64,000 bases of DNA from assembly GCF_024298765.1 (NCBI RefSeq), contig NZ_CP101210.1. One strand, given 5' to 3'. This DNA is from Escherichia coli. Its GTDB lineage: Bacteria; Pseudomonadota; Gammaproteobacteria; Enterobacterales; Enterobacteriaceae. Position numbers and translations under genes: made by a program. Positions 1-8,642 of this stretch are shown piece by piece. Under the pieces are notes generated by a model. It was not told where the DNA came from and ran no database searches. It saw only the letters and a program-made list of their open reading frames with translations. Position 1 is the first letter of the stretch. Each line of letters opens with the position of its first letter.

Positions 1-233
1 AGCAGCGGTTGAAATTAAACCTGTCCGGAAGGCTGGCGATAAAGATTATTGCAGAGCCACCGGATAAGCGCCGTCGTGACCTGGACAATATCCTGAAAGC
101 ACCACTGGATGCGCTGACGCATGCCGGACTACTCATAGACGACGAGCAGTTTGATGAAATCAATATTGTGCGCGGTCAGCTCGTTCCTGGTGGGCGGCTG
201 GGGATAAAAATCACAGAACTGGAGTGCGCATGA
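1..233 (+). CDS. rusA: RusA-family Holliday junction resolvase, C-terminal part (5' end outside window)
   Basis: Translation contains RRRDLDN..L..LDALT motif characteristic of RusA; position upstream of Q-like gene. Confidence 0.75.
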   Translation, partial: QRLKLNLSGRLAIKIIAEPPDKRRRDLDNILKAPLDALTHAGLLIDDEQFDEINIVRGQLVPGGRLGIKITELECA

Positions 234-919
234 ATAACCAGTATTTACAGTTTGTGCGTGAGCAGCTCATTATCGCCACCGCTGATTTGAGTGGGGCAAC
301 AAAAGGTCAGCTTGAAGCCTGGCAGGAGAATGCCATGTTCGATACAGGGCGTTACAGGCGAAAAAAAATCCGGTACCGCGATGAAGTGACTGGAAAAATG
401 ATAACGCGGGATAATCCACCAATCCCGGGAAAACAATCACTGGCGAATGGCTCATCAATTGCCCTGGTCAGCCCGGTTGAGTTTTCGACATCATCATGGC
501 GGCGGGCTTTGCTGTCTCTTGAAGAGCATCATAAAGCCTGGTTGTTGTGGTGTTACGGCGAGAGTATTTGTTGGGAATATCAGATCGCGATAACACAGTG
601 GGCGTGGAATGAATTTAATACTCAATCCGGTACCAGAAAAATTGCAGGGAAAACGCAGGAACGCCTGAAAAAATTAATCTGGCTGGCGGCGCAGGCAGTA
701 AAAGCAGAACTTTTTGGTGGGGAAGGTTATGAATACCAGGAGCTGGCATTACTGGCGGGAGTGACAACTAAAAACTGGTCCAAAACATTTACTCGTCACT
801 GGGTTGCAATGAAACACATTTTTCAACGACTGGATAGTGAGGCTTTATTGTTTGTAATGAGAACACGTTCAAAACAAAAGGCGGCATTTTCAAAGCAAAG
901 TGTTGCAAAAGTAGATTGA
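224..919 (+). CDS. Putative late-gene antiterminator (Q-like), 231 aa
   Basis: Positional: immediately downstream of rusA and upstream of a promoter plus short-transcript terminator; sequence family not recognised, no Cys4 zinc finger seen. Confidence 0.4.
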   Translation: MRMNNQYLQFVREQLIIATADLSGATKGQLEAWQENAMFDTGRYRRKKIRYRDEVTGKMITRDNPPIPGKQSLANGSSIALVSPVEFSTSSWRRALLSLEEHHKAWLLWCYGESICWEYQIAITQWAWNEFNTQSGTRKIAGKTQERLKKLIWLAAQAVKAELFGGEGYEYQELALLAGVTTKNWSKTFTRHWVAMKHIFQRLDSEALLFVMRTRSKQKAAFSKQSVAKVD

Positions 920-931
920 AAGGCATATATT
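903..931 (+). promoter_or_regulatory. Candidate sigma70 late promoter (pR-prime-like): -35 TTGCAA, 17-bp spacer, -10 TATATT
   Basis: Hexamers read directly; located at 3' end of Q-like ORF, about 55-80 nt upstream of a terminator. Confidence 0.4.
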
Positions 932-983
932 TCATGCAAATCTGATATTTTGCCGATTTTGTACGTGATGGCAAAAGCAAACA

Positions 984-1010
984 AAACCCGCCCACAAGCG
1001 GGTTTTTTTG
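984..1010 (+). terminator. Rho-independent terminator (tR-prime-like)
   Basis: Stem AAACCCGC / GCGGGTTT with 6-nt loop followed by T7 run. Confidence 0.6.
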
Positions 1011-1091
1011 TGCCACTTATCTCGGATAGACATGGTGAATGCGCTGGTGGAGGAGCTAAGGGTGATTTTTAACCAGGTGATTTTTGAATGC

Positions 1092-1120
1092 TTGCAACAT
1101 TGATTTCGTAACGTTATTAT
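1092..1120 (+). promoter_or_regulatory. Candidate sigma70 promoter for tRNA array: -35 TTGCAA, 17-bp spacer, -10 TATTAT
   Basis: Near-consensus hexamers ending 10 nt upstream of first tRNA 5' end. Confidence 0.45.
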
Positions 1121-1129
1121 CCTGCGCCC

Positions 1130-1205
1130 GGCCCTTTAGCTCAGTGGTGAGAGCGAGCGACTCATAATCGCCAGGTCGCTGGTTCAAATCCAGCAAGGGC
1201 CACCA
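1130..1205 (+). tRNA. tRNA with anticodon CAU (ileX/ileZ-like; Ile2-lysidine or Met)
   Basis: 76 nt, cloverleaf with CTCATAA anticodon loop, GGTTCAAATCC T-arm, CCA end; close to E. coli ileX from memory. Confidence 0.8.
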
Positions 1206-1206
1206 A

Positions 1207-1283
1207 CCGTCACCAGTTCATCAGGAAAGAGCGTCAACCCTTTAAGTTGAGTGTGCGAGGTTCGAGTCCCCGGTGGCGGTCCA
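1207..1283 (+). tRNA. tRNA-like gene, non-canonical (anticodon loop CCTTTAA, possibly UUU/Lys; C33 instead of U33)
   Basis: Acceptor stem with one G-U, T-arm GTTCGAGTCC with one A-C mismatch, CCA end; may be a degenerate or pseudo tRNA. Confidence 0.4.
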
Positions 1284-1285
1284 GT

Positions 1286-1361
<76 letters not shown>

Positions 1362-1364
1362 TAT

Positions 1365-1439
<75 letters not shown>

Positions 1440-1445
1440 GTTAGA

Positions 1446-1491
1446 GTCTTTCAGTCTGCGATGATGGGAAATCCCGGAGTGACTGAAAGAC
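1446..1491. repeat. Perfect 11-bp inverted repeat (GTCTTTCAGTC ... GACTGAAAGAC) with 24-nt loop containing GGGAAATCCC
   Basis: Read directly from sequence. Confidence 0.7.
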
Positions 1492-1498
1492 GTTTAAG

Positions 1499-1571
1499 TT
1501 ATGAATGATCGCTTTTTTTTGCAAAATTGCTGTGCAGAAATACTAACCTTCGGGCAGGCGATCATTCATAA
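1499..1571. repeat. Perfect 14-bp inverted repeat (TTATGAATGATCGC ... GCGATCATTCATAA) separated by 45 nt; T8 run follows the left arm
   Basis: Read directly from sequence. Confidence 0.7.
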
Positions 1572-1646
1572 GCACTCTGCTTTTATTCCGATTAACTGTG
1601 GGTGGTTTGTTGGATAGAGTGCTTTCCTTACTGTATATATTGTTTC

Positions 1647-1672
1647 GCCCGCTTTTGCGGGCTTTTCTTTTC
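1647..1672 (+). terminator. Rho-independent terminator upstream of holin gene
   Basis: GCCCGC-TTTT-GCGGGC hairpin followed by TTTTCTTTTC. Confidence 0.55.
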
Positions 1673-1731
1673 AAATCCCTTTCATTTCTCAGTGTAAAAC
1701 TACGCCATCCGTTATTTGCGGAGGTGAGGCT

Positions 1732-1947
1732 ATGAAATCCATGGACAAAATTTCAACGGGCATTGCCTATGGCACCTCCGCAGGCAGTGCTGGCTACTGG
1801 TTTTTACAGTGGCTTGATCAGGTCAGTCCGTCACAGTGGGCTGCGATTGGTGTACTGGGGAGTCTGGTTCTGGGCTTCCTGACTTATCTGACAAATCTGT
1901 ACTTCAAAATCAGAGAAGACAAGCGTAAGGCTGCACGGGGAGAGTAA
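1732..1947 (+). CDS. Phage 21-type pinholin S21 (71 aa, dual-start motif MKSM)
   Basis: Translation matches S21 pinholin as recalled; strong RBS GGAGGTGAGG; first gene of lysis cassette. Confidence 0.9.
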   Translation: MKSMDKISTGIAYGTSAGSAGYWFLQWLDQVSPSQWAAIGVLGSLVLGFLTYLTNLYFKIREDKRKAARGE

Positions 1948-1951
1948 TTCA

Positions 1952-2302
1952 ATGACTCAAAACTATGAACTGATTGTGAAAGGGATCCGCAATTTTGAGA
2001 ATAAAGTTACGGTAACTTTAGCGTTACGGGACAAAAAACGCTTTGACGGTGAAATTTTTGACCTGGACATCTCGCTGGACCGTGTTGAAGGTGCCGCGCT
2101 GGGGTTTTATGAGGCAGCAGCCAGAAGGAGCATCAGACAGGTCTTCCTGGATGTTGCTGCCGGGTTATGTGAAGGGGATGAGCAGTCGCCGGAAAAGCGC
2201 CCCGTAATTTTAGAGGCGCAGAATGTGTGGATAACCTACAAAGGAAAGCTACCAGGAAGAATTACTGGTTCTCTGAAGACTCCTCCGGAATCACAACCTT
2301 AA
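1952..2302 (+). CDS. Hypothetical protein (116 aa) inserted between holin and endolysin
   Basis: ATG with RBS GGGGAGAG 8 nt upstream; no family recognised. Confidence 0.55.
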   Translation: MTQNYELIVKGIRNFENKVTVTLALRDKKRFDGEIFDLDISLDRVEGAALGFYEAAARRSIRQVFLDVAAGLCEGDEQSPEKRPVILEAQNVWITYKGKLPGRITGSLKTPPESQP

Positions 2303-2365
2303 GTCACTGACCGGAACAGATAAACCTGTCCGTGGGCAGAAACCGATAAATCCTGATAAATATCC

Positions 2366-2899
2366 ATGAACGCAAAAATCAGATACGGCCTGTCGGCTGC
2401 CGTTCTGGCACTGATTGCCGTCGGTGCGCCCGCGCCTGATATTCTCGACCAGTTTCTGGATGAAAAAGAAGGTAACCACACAACGGCATACCGCGATGGT
2501 TCCGGCATCTGGACCATCTGTCGGGGTGCCACGATGGTGGATGGAAAACCCGTTTTTCCCGGTATGAAACTGTCGAAGGAAAAATGCGACCAGGTCAACG
2601 CCATTGAGCGTGATAAGGCGCTGGCATGGGTGGAGCGCAATATTAAAGTACCACTGACCGAACCACAAAAAGCGGGTATCGCGTCATTTTGTCCCTATAA
2701 CATTGGCCCCGGTAAGTGTTTTCCATCGACGTTTTATAAGCGGCTGAATGCTGGTGATCGTAAGGGCGCATGCGAGGCGATTCGCTGGTGGATAAAAGAT
2801 GGTGGGCGCGATTGCCGCATACGTTCAAATAACTGCTATGGACAGGTTATTCGTCGTGACCAAGAAAGCGCATTAGCCTGTTGGGGAATAGATCAGTGA
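2366..2899 (+). CDS. SAR endolysin (T4-lysozyme-like muramidase with N-terminal signal-anchor-release domain)
   Basis: N-terminal hydrophobic Gly/Ala-rich segment [16 protein letters not shown]; catalytic E-x8-D-x5-T motif [16 protein letters not shown]. Confidence 0.9.
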   Translation: MNAKIRYGLSAAVLALIAVGAPAPDILDQFLDEKEGNHTTAYRDGSGIWTICRGATMVDGKPVFPGMKLSKEKCDQVNAIERDKALAWVERNIKVPLTEPQKAGIASFCPYNIGPGKCFPSTFYKRLNAGDRKGACEAIRWWIKDGGRDCRIRSNNCYGQVIRRDQESALACWGIDQ

Positions 2900-3363
2900 G
2901 CAGAGTCGCCGCGATTATTTATGCTCTGGTTATCTGCATCATCGTCTGCCTGTCGTGGGCGGTCAATCATTACCGTGATAACGCCATCACCTACAAAGAA
3001 CAGCGTGATAAAAAAGTCAGTGAGCTGAAGCAGCTGACCGCCACCATCGCTGACATGCAGCAGCGTCAGCGTGATGTTGCTGCGCTCGATGCAAAGTACT
3101 CGAGAGAATTAGCCAATGCGAAAGCTGAAAATGAAACTCTGCGCGCTGATGTTGCCGCTGGTCGTAAGCGCCTGCGGGTCAATGCCAGTTGCTCCGCAGC
3201 CGTGCGTGAAGCCACCGGACCCACCAGCGTGGATAATGCAACCAGCCCCAGACTGGCAGACACCGCTGAACGGGATTATTTCACCCTCAGAGAACGGTTG
3301 ATGACGATGCAGAAGCAACTGGAAGGGGCACAGCTATACATTCGTGAGCAATGTCTCAGATAA
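2896..3363 (+). CDS. Spanin, inner-membrane subunit Rz (GTG start assumed)
   Basis: Strong similarity to lambda Rz as recalled; N-terminal TM helix then coiled coil. Confidence 0.85.
   Translation: MSRVAAIIYALVICIIVCLSWAVNHYRDNAITYKEQRDKKVSELKQLTATIADMQQRQRDVAALDAKYSRELANAKAENETLRADVAAGRKRLRVNASCSAAVREATGPTSVDNATSPRLADTAERDYFTLRERLMTMQKQLEGAQLYIREQCLR
3116..3301 (+). CDS. Spanin, outer-membrane lipoprotein subunit Rz1 (embedded in Rz, +1 frame)
   Basis: Lipobox LVVSAC, proline-rich body, similar to lambda Rz1. Confidence 0.85.
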   Translation: MRKLKMKLCALMLPLVVSACGSMPVAPQPCVKPPDPPAWIMQPAPDWQTPLNGIISPSENG

Positions 3364-3518
3364 AAACCGGCCAAGGATAATCCGCTAAAGATTCGCCGGT
3401 GGCGAAAGAGAGCCAAGGTGTCAACCTACGCTATTACTTATGATAATGCAACAGACGAAGCGGGACATATTGGCGCATAACAAATCAGTGCAGGCTAACT
3501 GCAGGAAGAACTTAGGGC

Positions 3519-3785
3519 GTGAACGTAGAAAACCTAAGTAACGCACATTACATCTATAACGAGATGAAAGAGCTACAGCGACAGAAAGGTATACTGGAAA
3601 GTGGTGCAGGGCTTGGTGTGACAATCCAGTCTGCCTATCAATATAGTGCTTTTCTTGAGGCCATACGCCCGCATGCAGTTGCTGAACTTAACAGCCGTAT
3701 TGAGGAAAAGAAATCCGCGCTGGTTAATTTGGGTGCTTCCTTCTCTATATACGAGCATAATAAGGCGGGTTGGAAACCCGCCTAA
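3519..3785 (+). CDS. Hypothetical protein (88 aa from GTG; 73 aa from internal ATG)
   Basis: ORF only; weak RBS; convergent with downstream minus-strand gene. Confidence 0.35.
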   Translation: MNVENLSNAHYIYNEMKELQRQKGILESGAGLGVTIQSAYQYSAFLEAIRPHAVAELNSRIEEKKSALVNLGASFSIYEHNKAGWKPA

Positions 3786-3790
3786 AGCAC

Positions 3791-4330
3791 TTAGAAACTG
3801 CGTGGAGCTGTGGAAAGAATGGATGCCAGTTCTTCCTTCGATAAATCCCAGCTTCGATTTACAGCGTCAATTTTCTTAAACTCATCAAGCATTGCGTTAT
3901 AGAGATGTTCTGTACGTGAATGAGTATTGGCAATGGGCTGTTTCTGTTCGGGGAAGCGATCAATTTTCTGATATGCCTCAATGATACTGAAGTAATCGCA
4001 TTCATTATTACCGTCGAAACCTGGGAGCTGAATTGCCCCATCATGTATTTTTAGATGATGGTCACGGACTAATTCTTTTTGCTCGTCATCACTAAGTTTC
4101 CTGAAAGCATTGGAAAGTCCGCGATACATATTCAAGACAGCAGTAACAAAATCACGATCTTCTTTACTTGGTTCGTCAACATCCAAATGTGAATATTCGG
4201 CCTTGATAACCCAATCATTACCAGATGACACAGCATATTTAACAAGCTGTGGATCAATATCAGTTTCGATACCTAGGTGGATGGCAATGTCACATAACAA
4301 AATGGTATTGATTTTATCTTTAATATCCAT
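3791..4330 (-). CDS. Accessory (moron) protein, 179 aa, resembling YfbU/UPF0304 family; reverse strand at the lambda bor position
   Basis: Own RBS AGAGGG and promoter-like upstream region; motif pattern MY..L, GFD, C-terminal region reminiscent of YfbU (from memory, unverified). Confidence 0.5.
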   Translation of the reverse strand: MDIKDKINTILLCDIAIHLGIETDIDPQLVKYAVSSGNDWVIKAEYSHLDVDEPSKEDRDFVTAVLNMYRGLSNAFRKLSDDEQKELVRDHHLKIHDGAIQLPGFDGNNECDYFSIIEAYQKIDRFPEQKQPIANTHSRTEHLYNAMLDEFKKIDAVNRSWDLSKEELASILSTAPRSF

Positions 4331-4468
4331 GAGTTAACCCTCTGAAGTAAAAAGTAATATCTACACCCGTTGGCTCATGAAGTCTATTGATCTGTCTCAT
4401 ATCAGCAGCAAATCTATTCCATGGAGATACTCAATGCAGGTCACCTTTGATTTATATAAGGGCGAAAC

Positions 4469-4819
4469 ATGCCAGCACTAATCCCACGCGCCTGCCGTAA
4501 GCGTGGATGTGCAGGTACAACCACAGACAGTTCTGGTTACTGCGATAAACATCGTGGCGAAGGATGGGTACAGCATCAACGCGGACTGAGCCGCCACCAG
4601 CGTGGCTATGGCTCGAAATGGGATGCCATACGTGCGCGCATACTGAAGCGTGATAATCATCTGTGTCAGAACTGCCTGCGCAATGGGAGAGCCGTTGAAG
4701 CCAGAACTGTGGACCACATCATTCCGAAAGCTCATGGTGGCACGGATGCAGACAGTAACCTGCAGAGTCTGTGCTGGCCCTGTCATAAAGCAAAAACAGC
4801 GCGCGAACGCATCAATTGA
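4469..4819 (+). CDS. HNH endonuclease (terminase-associated)
   Basis: Cys-rich N-terminus and H-N-H signature DHIIPKAHGGTD...N...LCWPCH. Confidence 0.85.
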   Translation: MPALIPRACRKRGCAGTTTDSSGYCDKHRGEGWVQHQRGLSRHQRGYGSKWDAIRARILKRDNHLCQNCLRNGRAVEARTVDHIIPKAHGGTDADSNLQSLCWPCHKAKTARERIN

Positions 4820-4967
4820 TAACAGCTCCCATCTGCAGGGGAGGGGCGGGTCAAATCTCTGCAACCCTGGCTGTTCAGTACCGCCGCCTGACCCTTCCTC
4901 ACATCGCCGCAGGTTCGAAAACTTTTTTTTGGAAATGTGAACAAACGATTGATAGGTAAGACCGATT

Positions 4968-5450
4968 ATGTCAGGACCTCCGAAAACCCCGCCACGCCTG
5001 CATTTGATACGAGGCAACCCCTCAAAGCGCCCCGTTAAAGACCACAAAAAAACCGCTAAAAAGGATGAAAAAGGTCTTCCTAAAATTCCGCAGCATTTAG
5101 GGGCTCAGGGGAAGTACTGGTTCAGGCGAATGGCGGAAGAGCTGAATGCGGAAGGGATCATTTCTCAGCTTGATGCGCGTGCGCTCGAGTTGCTGGTGGA
5201 AGCCTACACCGAATATCGGCATCACTGCGAAACACTCGATGTTGAGGGGTATACCTACCGCACGGAAACGCAGAGCGGTGATGTACTGATTAAGGCGCAC
5301 CCCGCGGCGGCAATGAAAGCGGATGCCTGGAAGCGGATCCGGGCAATGCTTGCAGAGTTTGGTATGTCACCGGCAAGCCGGGCTAAAGTAAATATCGCCG
5401 GACCGGATGATGTTGATCCGCTGGCGGAGCTTTTAAAAGCGAGAGACTGA
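4968..5450 (+). CDS. Terminase small subunit (P27 family-like)
   Basis: Position upstream of and overlapping TerL start; typical basic N-terminus. Confidence 0.8.
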   Translation: MSGPPKTPPRLHLIRGNPSKRPVKDHKKTAKKDEKGLPKIPQHLGAQGKYWFRRMAEELNAEGIISQLDARALELLVEAYTEYRHHCETLDVEGYTYRTETQSGDVLIKAHPAAAMKADAWKRIRAMLAEFGMSPASRAKVNIAGPDDVDPLAELLKARD

Positions 5451-7207
5451 TGGCAAAAGTGGCTGACGGGATCCGCTACGCCGAACGTGTTGTTGCAGGA
5501 GAAATTGTTGCTGGCGAATTTGTCCGCCTGGCCTGCCAGCGTTTTCTTGATGATCTGAAGTACGGCGAAGAGCGGGGGATTTATTTCAGTGAACCCCGTG
5601 CGCAGCACATCCTGAATTTCTACAAATTTGTGCCTCATGTAAAAGGGGCGCTGGCAGGCCAGCCCATTGAGTTGATGGACTGGCATGTATTTATCCTCAT
5701 TAATATTTTTGGTTTTGTCATTCCGCTGGTCAATGAAGAGACCGGGGAAGTTGTCATGCGCAGCGATGGCAGCGGACGTCCGGTGATGGTGCGCCGGTTC
5801 CGGACGGCGTACAACGAAGTCGCCCGTAAAAACGCAAAATCAACTCTGTCATCGGGTATCGGCCTGTATATGACGGGGGCAGATGGTGAAGGCGGAGCTG
5901 AGGTGTATTCAGCCGCAACCACGCGTGACCAGGCCAGAATCGTGTTTGAAGACGCCAAAAATATGGTCAGAAAAGCCCGGTCGACACTCGGGCGGTTGTT
6001 TGATTTCAACAAGCTGGCGATTTACCAGGAGCAGAGCGCATCAAAATTTGAACCGCTTTCTTCGGATGCAAACAACCTAGATGGTCTGAACATCCACTGC
6101 GCCATTATTGATGAGCTGCATGCACATAAAACCCGTGACGTGTGGGACGTTCTGGAAACGGCAACCGGTGCCCGTCTGCAGTCCCTTTTATTTGGTATCA
6201 CCACGGCAGGGTTTAACAAGGAAGGGATTTGTTACGAGCAGCGTGATTACGCCATCAAGGTATTGCGTGGCTATAACAGCGACGTGGAGGGCGCGGTAAA
6301 AGACGACTCCTACTTTGCGATTATTTACACCCTCGATGAGGGAGATGATCCGTTTGATGAAACGGTCTGGCAGAAAGCGAATCCCGGCCTGGGCATCTGT
6401 AAACGCTGGGATGATCTGCGTCGCCTGGCGAAAAAAGCGAAAGAACAGGTCTCTGCGCGGGTGAATTTTTTTACCAAACACATGAATGTGTGGGTAACAG
6501 CAGAGTCTGCCTGGATGGACATGATTAAGTGGGAGAAGTGCGAATACATTGCCCCACGACATGAGCTGAAAACGTATCCCATGTGGGTCGGCGTTGACCT
6601 TGCTCATAAGATTGATATCTGTGCGGCGGCAAAACTCTGGCGAACGGATAACGGGCATGTTCATGCCGATTTTAAATTCTGGCTTCCGGAAGGACGGCTG
6701 GAACGATGCTCGCGGCAGCAGGCAGAACTTTACCGGAAGTGGGCGGAGATGGATAAGCTGATTCTGACGGATGGTGATGTTATCGATCATGCTCAGATAA
6801 AAAGTGACTTACTGGAATGGATTGGTGGTGAAAACCTCAGGGAACTGGGATTTGACCCGTGGAGCGCGATGCAGTTCAGCCTGGCACTGGCTGAAGAAGG
6901 GATACCGCTGGTGGAGGTTCCGCAGACGGTTCGCAATCTGTCAGAGGCCATGAAGGAAACGGAATCACTGGTCTATGCCGGGCGTTTCCATCACAGCAAT
7001 CATCCGGTCATGAACTGGATGATGTCTAACGTTACGGTAAAACCGGACAAAAACGACAATATCTTCCCGAATAAATCCACGCTGGAAGCCAAAATCGACG
7101 GCCCTGTTGCGATGTTTACAGCAATGAGCCGGATGCTGGTCAATGGTGGTGAACCGGAGCTGGATCTGTCTGAACATCTGGTCAGCGTGGGCATCCGCTC
7201 GCTTTAA
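5450..7207 (+). CDS. Terminase large subunit
   Basis: 585 aa, ATPase plus nuclease architecture, positional. Confidence 0.9.
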   Translation: MAKVADGIRYAERVVAGEIVAGEFVRLACQRFLDDLKYGEERGIYFSEPRAQHILNFYKFVPHVKGALAGQPIELMDWHVFILINIFGFVIPLVNEETGEVVMRSDGSGRPVMVRRFRTAYNEVARKNAKSTLSSGIGLYMTGADGEGGAEVYSAATTRDQARIVFEDAKNMVRKARSTLGRLFDFNKLAIYQEQSASKFEPLSSDANNLDGLNIHCAIIDELHAHKTRDVWDVLETATGARLQSLLFGITTAGFNKEGICYEQRDYAIKVLRGYNSDVEGAVKDDSYFAIIYTLDEGDDPFDETVWQKANPGLGICKRWDDLRRLAKKAKEQVSARVNFFTKHMNVWVTAESAWMDMIKWEKCEYIAPRHELKTYPMWVGVDLAHKIDICAAAKLWRTDNGHVHADFKFWLPEGRLERCSRQQAELYRKWAEMDKLILTDGDVIDHAQIKSDLLEWIGGENLRELGFDPWSAMQFSLALAEEGIPLVEVPQTVRNLSEAMKETESLVYAGRFHHSNHPVMNWMMSNVTVKPDKNDNIFPNKSTLEAKIDGPVAMFTAMSRMLVNGGEPELDLSEHLVSVGIRSL

Positions 7208-7218
7208 CCGAGGTCATT

Positions 7219-7401
7219 ATGTTTCTGATAATTCTCGCGCCACTGGTGGGCGTGCTGGGTGCGCTTTTGCTGGCGTATGGTGCCTGGCTGATTTATCCCC
7301 CGGCGGGTTTTGTTGTTGCCGGGGTGCTGTGCCTGTTCTGGTCGTGGCTGGTGGCGCGATATCTCGACCGTACACAGCCGTCTGTCGGCGGAGGTAAATA
7401 G
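7219..7401 (+). CDS. Small hydrophobic protein (60 aa, two predicted TM helices)
   Basis: ATG with GAGG RBS; between TerL and portal. Confidence 0.45.
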   Translation: MFLIILAPLVGVLGALLLAYGAWLIYPPAGFVVAGVLCLFWSWLVARYLDRTQPSVGGGK

Positions 7402-8642
7402 TGTTCTTTTCGGGATTATTTCAACGAAAAAGTGACGCGCCGGTGACCACGCCAGCAGAGCTGGCGGATGCCATCGGGTTGTCTTACGACACCTATACCG
7501 GAAAGCAGATCAGCAGTCAGCGGGCCATGCGACTGACGGCGGTTTTTTCCTGCGTCAGAGTGCTGGCAGAGTCGGTCGGGATGTTGCCCTGCAATCTGTA
7601 TCACCTGAACGGCAGCCTGAAACAGAGGGCCACCGGCGAACGTCTGCATAAGCTGATCTCCACGCATCCCAATGGCTATATGACGCCGCAGGAGTTCTGG
7701 GAGCTGGTGGTCACCTGTCTGTGCCTGAGGGGAAACTTTTACGCCTACAAAGTGAAAGCATTTGGCGAAGTGGCTGAACTGCTGCCCGTCGATCCCGGTT
7801 GTGTGGTACCGAAGCTTAACAGTCGCTGGGAGCCGGTCTATCAGGTCACATTCCCGGACGGTTCCACGGATGTACTGAGCCAGGAAGATATCTGGCATGT
7901 GCGCACGCTGACGCTGGACGGTCTGGTGGGACTGAATCCCATCGCCTATGCCCGCGAGGCAATATCGCTGGCAGCAGCGACCGAAGAGCACGGGGCCAGA
8001 CTGTTCAGCAATGGTGCGGTGACGTCCGGTGTGTTGCGTACAGAACAGACGCTGTCGGATCAGGCTTATGAGCGCCTGAAGAAAGATTTTGAGGAGCGTC
8101 ACACCGGGCTTGGCAATGCTCACCGCCCGATGATCCTTGAGATGGGGCTGGACTGGAAGTCGATGGCGCTGAACGCCGAGGACAGCCAGTTCCTGGAAAC
8201 CCGCAAGTTTCAGCTTGAAGAAATCTGTCGTCTGTTCCGGGTGCCGTTGCACATGGTGCAGAACACCGATCGCGCCACCTTCAACAATATCGAAGAGCTG
8301 GGGCTGGGATTTATCAACTATTCACTGGTGCCGTATCTGACCCGCATCGAACAGCGGATCAACACCGGACTGGTACGAAAAAGTAAGCAGGGCGTTTATT
8401 ACGCCAAATTTAACGCCGGGGCGTTACTGCGCGGGGATATGAAGTCCCGTTTTGAAGCCTACGCCACCGGGATCAACTGGGGAATTTACTCTCCCAATGA
8501 CTGCCGCGACCTGGAAGATATGAATCCGCGTCCCGGTGGTGATGTCTATCTCACACCGATGAACATGACCACGAAACCCTCCGATGGCAGTAAAGCCGGT
8601 AAGCAGAAGGATAACGCCAATGCAGACGAAACAACGTCTTGA
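7401..8642 (+). CDS. Portal protein (HK97 family), GTG start
   Basis: 413 aa; GGAGGT RBS; position and size. Confidence 0.85.
   Translation: MFFSGLFQRKSDAPVTTPAELADAIGLSYDTYTGKQISSQRAMRLTAVFSCVRVLAESVGMLPCNLYHLNGSLKQRATGERLHKLISTHPNGYMTPQEFWELVVTCLCLRGNFYAYKVKAFGEVAELLPVDPGCVVPKLNSRWEPVYQVTFPDGSTDVLSQEDIWHVRTLTLDGLVGLNPIAYAREAISLAAATEEHGARLFSNGAVTSGVLRTEQTLSDQAYERLKKDFEERHTGLGNAHRPMILEMGLDWKSMALNAEDSQFLETRKFQLEEICRLFRVPLHMVQNTDRATFNNIEELGLGFINYSLVPYLTRIEQRINTGLVRKSKQGVYYAKFNAGALLRGDMKSRFEAYATGINWGIYSPNDCRDLEDMNPRPGGDVYLTPMNMTTKPSDGSKAGKQKDNANADETTS

Noticed and set aside
1440-1731. stx toxin or other virulence cargo genes downstream of the phage tRNA array
   Set aside because: No ORF of appropriate size is present between the tRNAs and the holin; only structured non-coding sequence.
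4478-5047. 189-aa minus-strand ORF overlapping the HNH and TerS genes
   Set aside because: Antisense to two well-supported genes; no RBS; likely a shadow frame.
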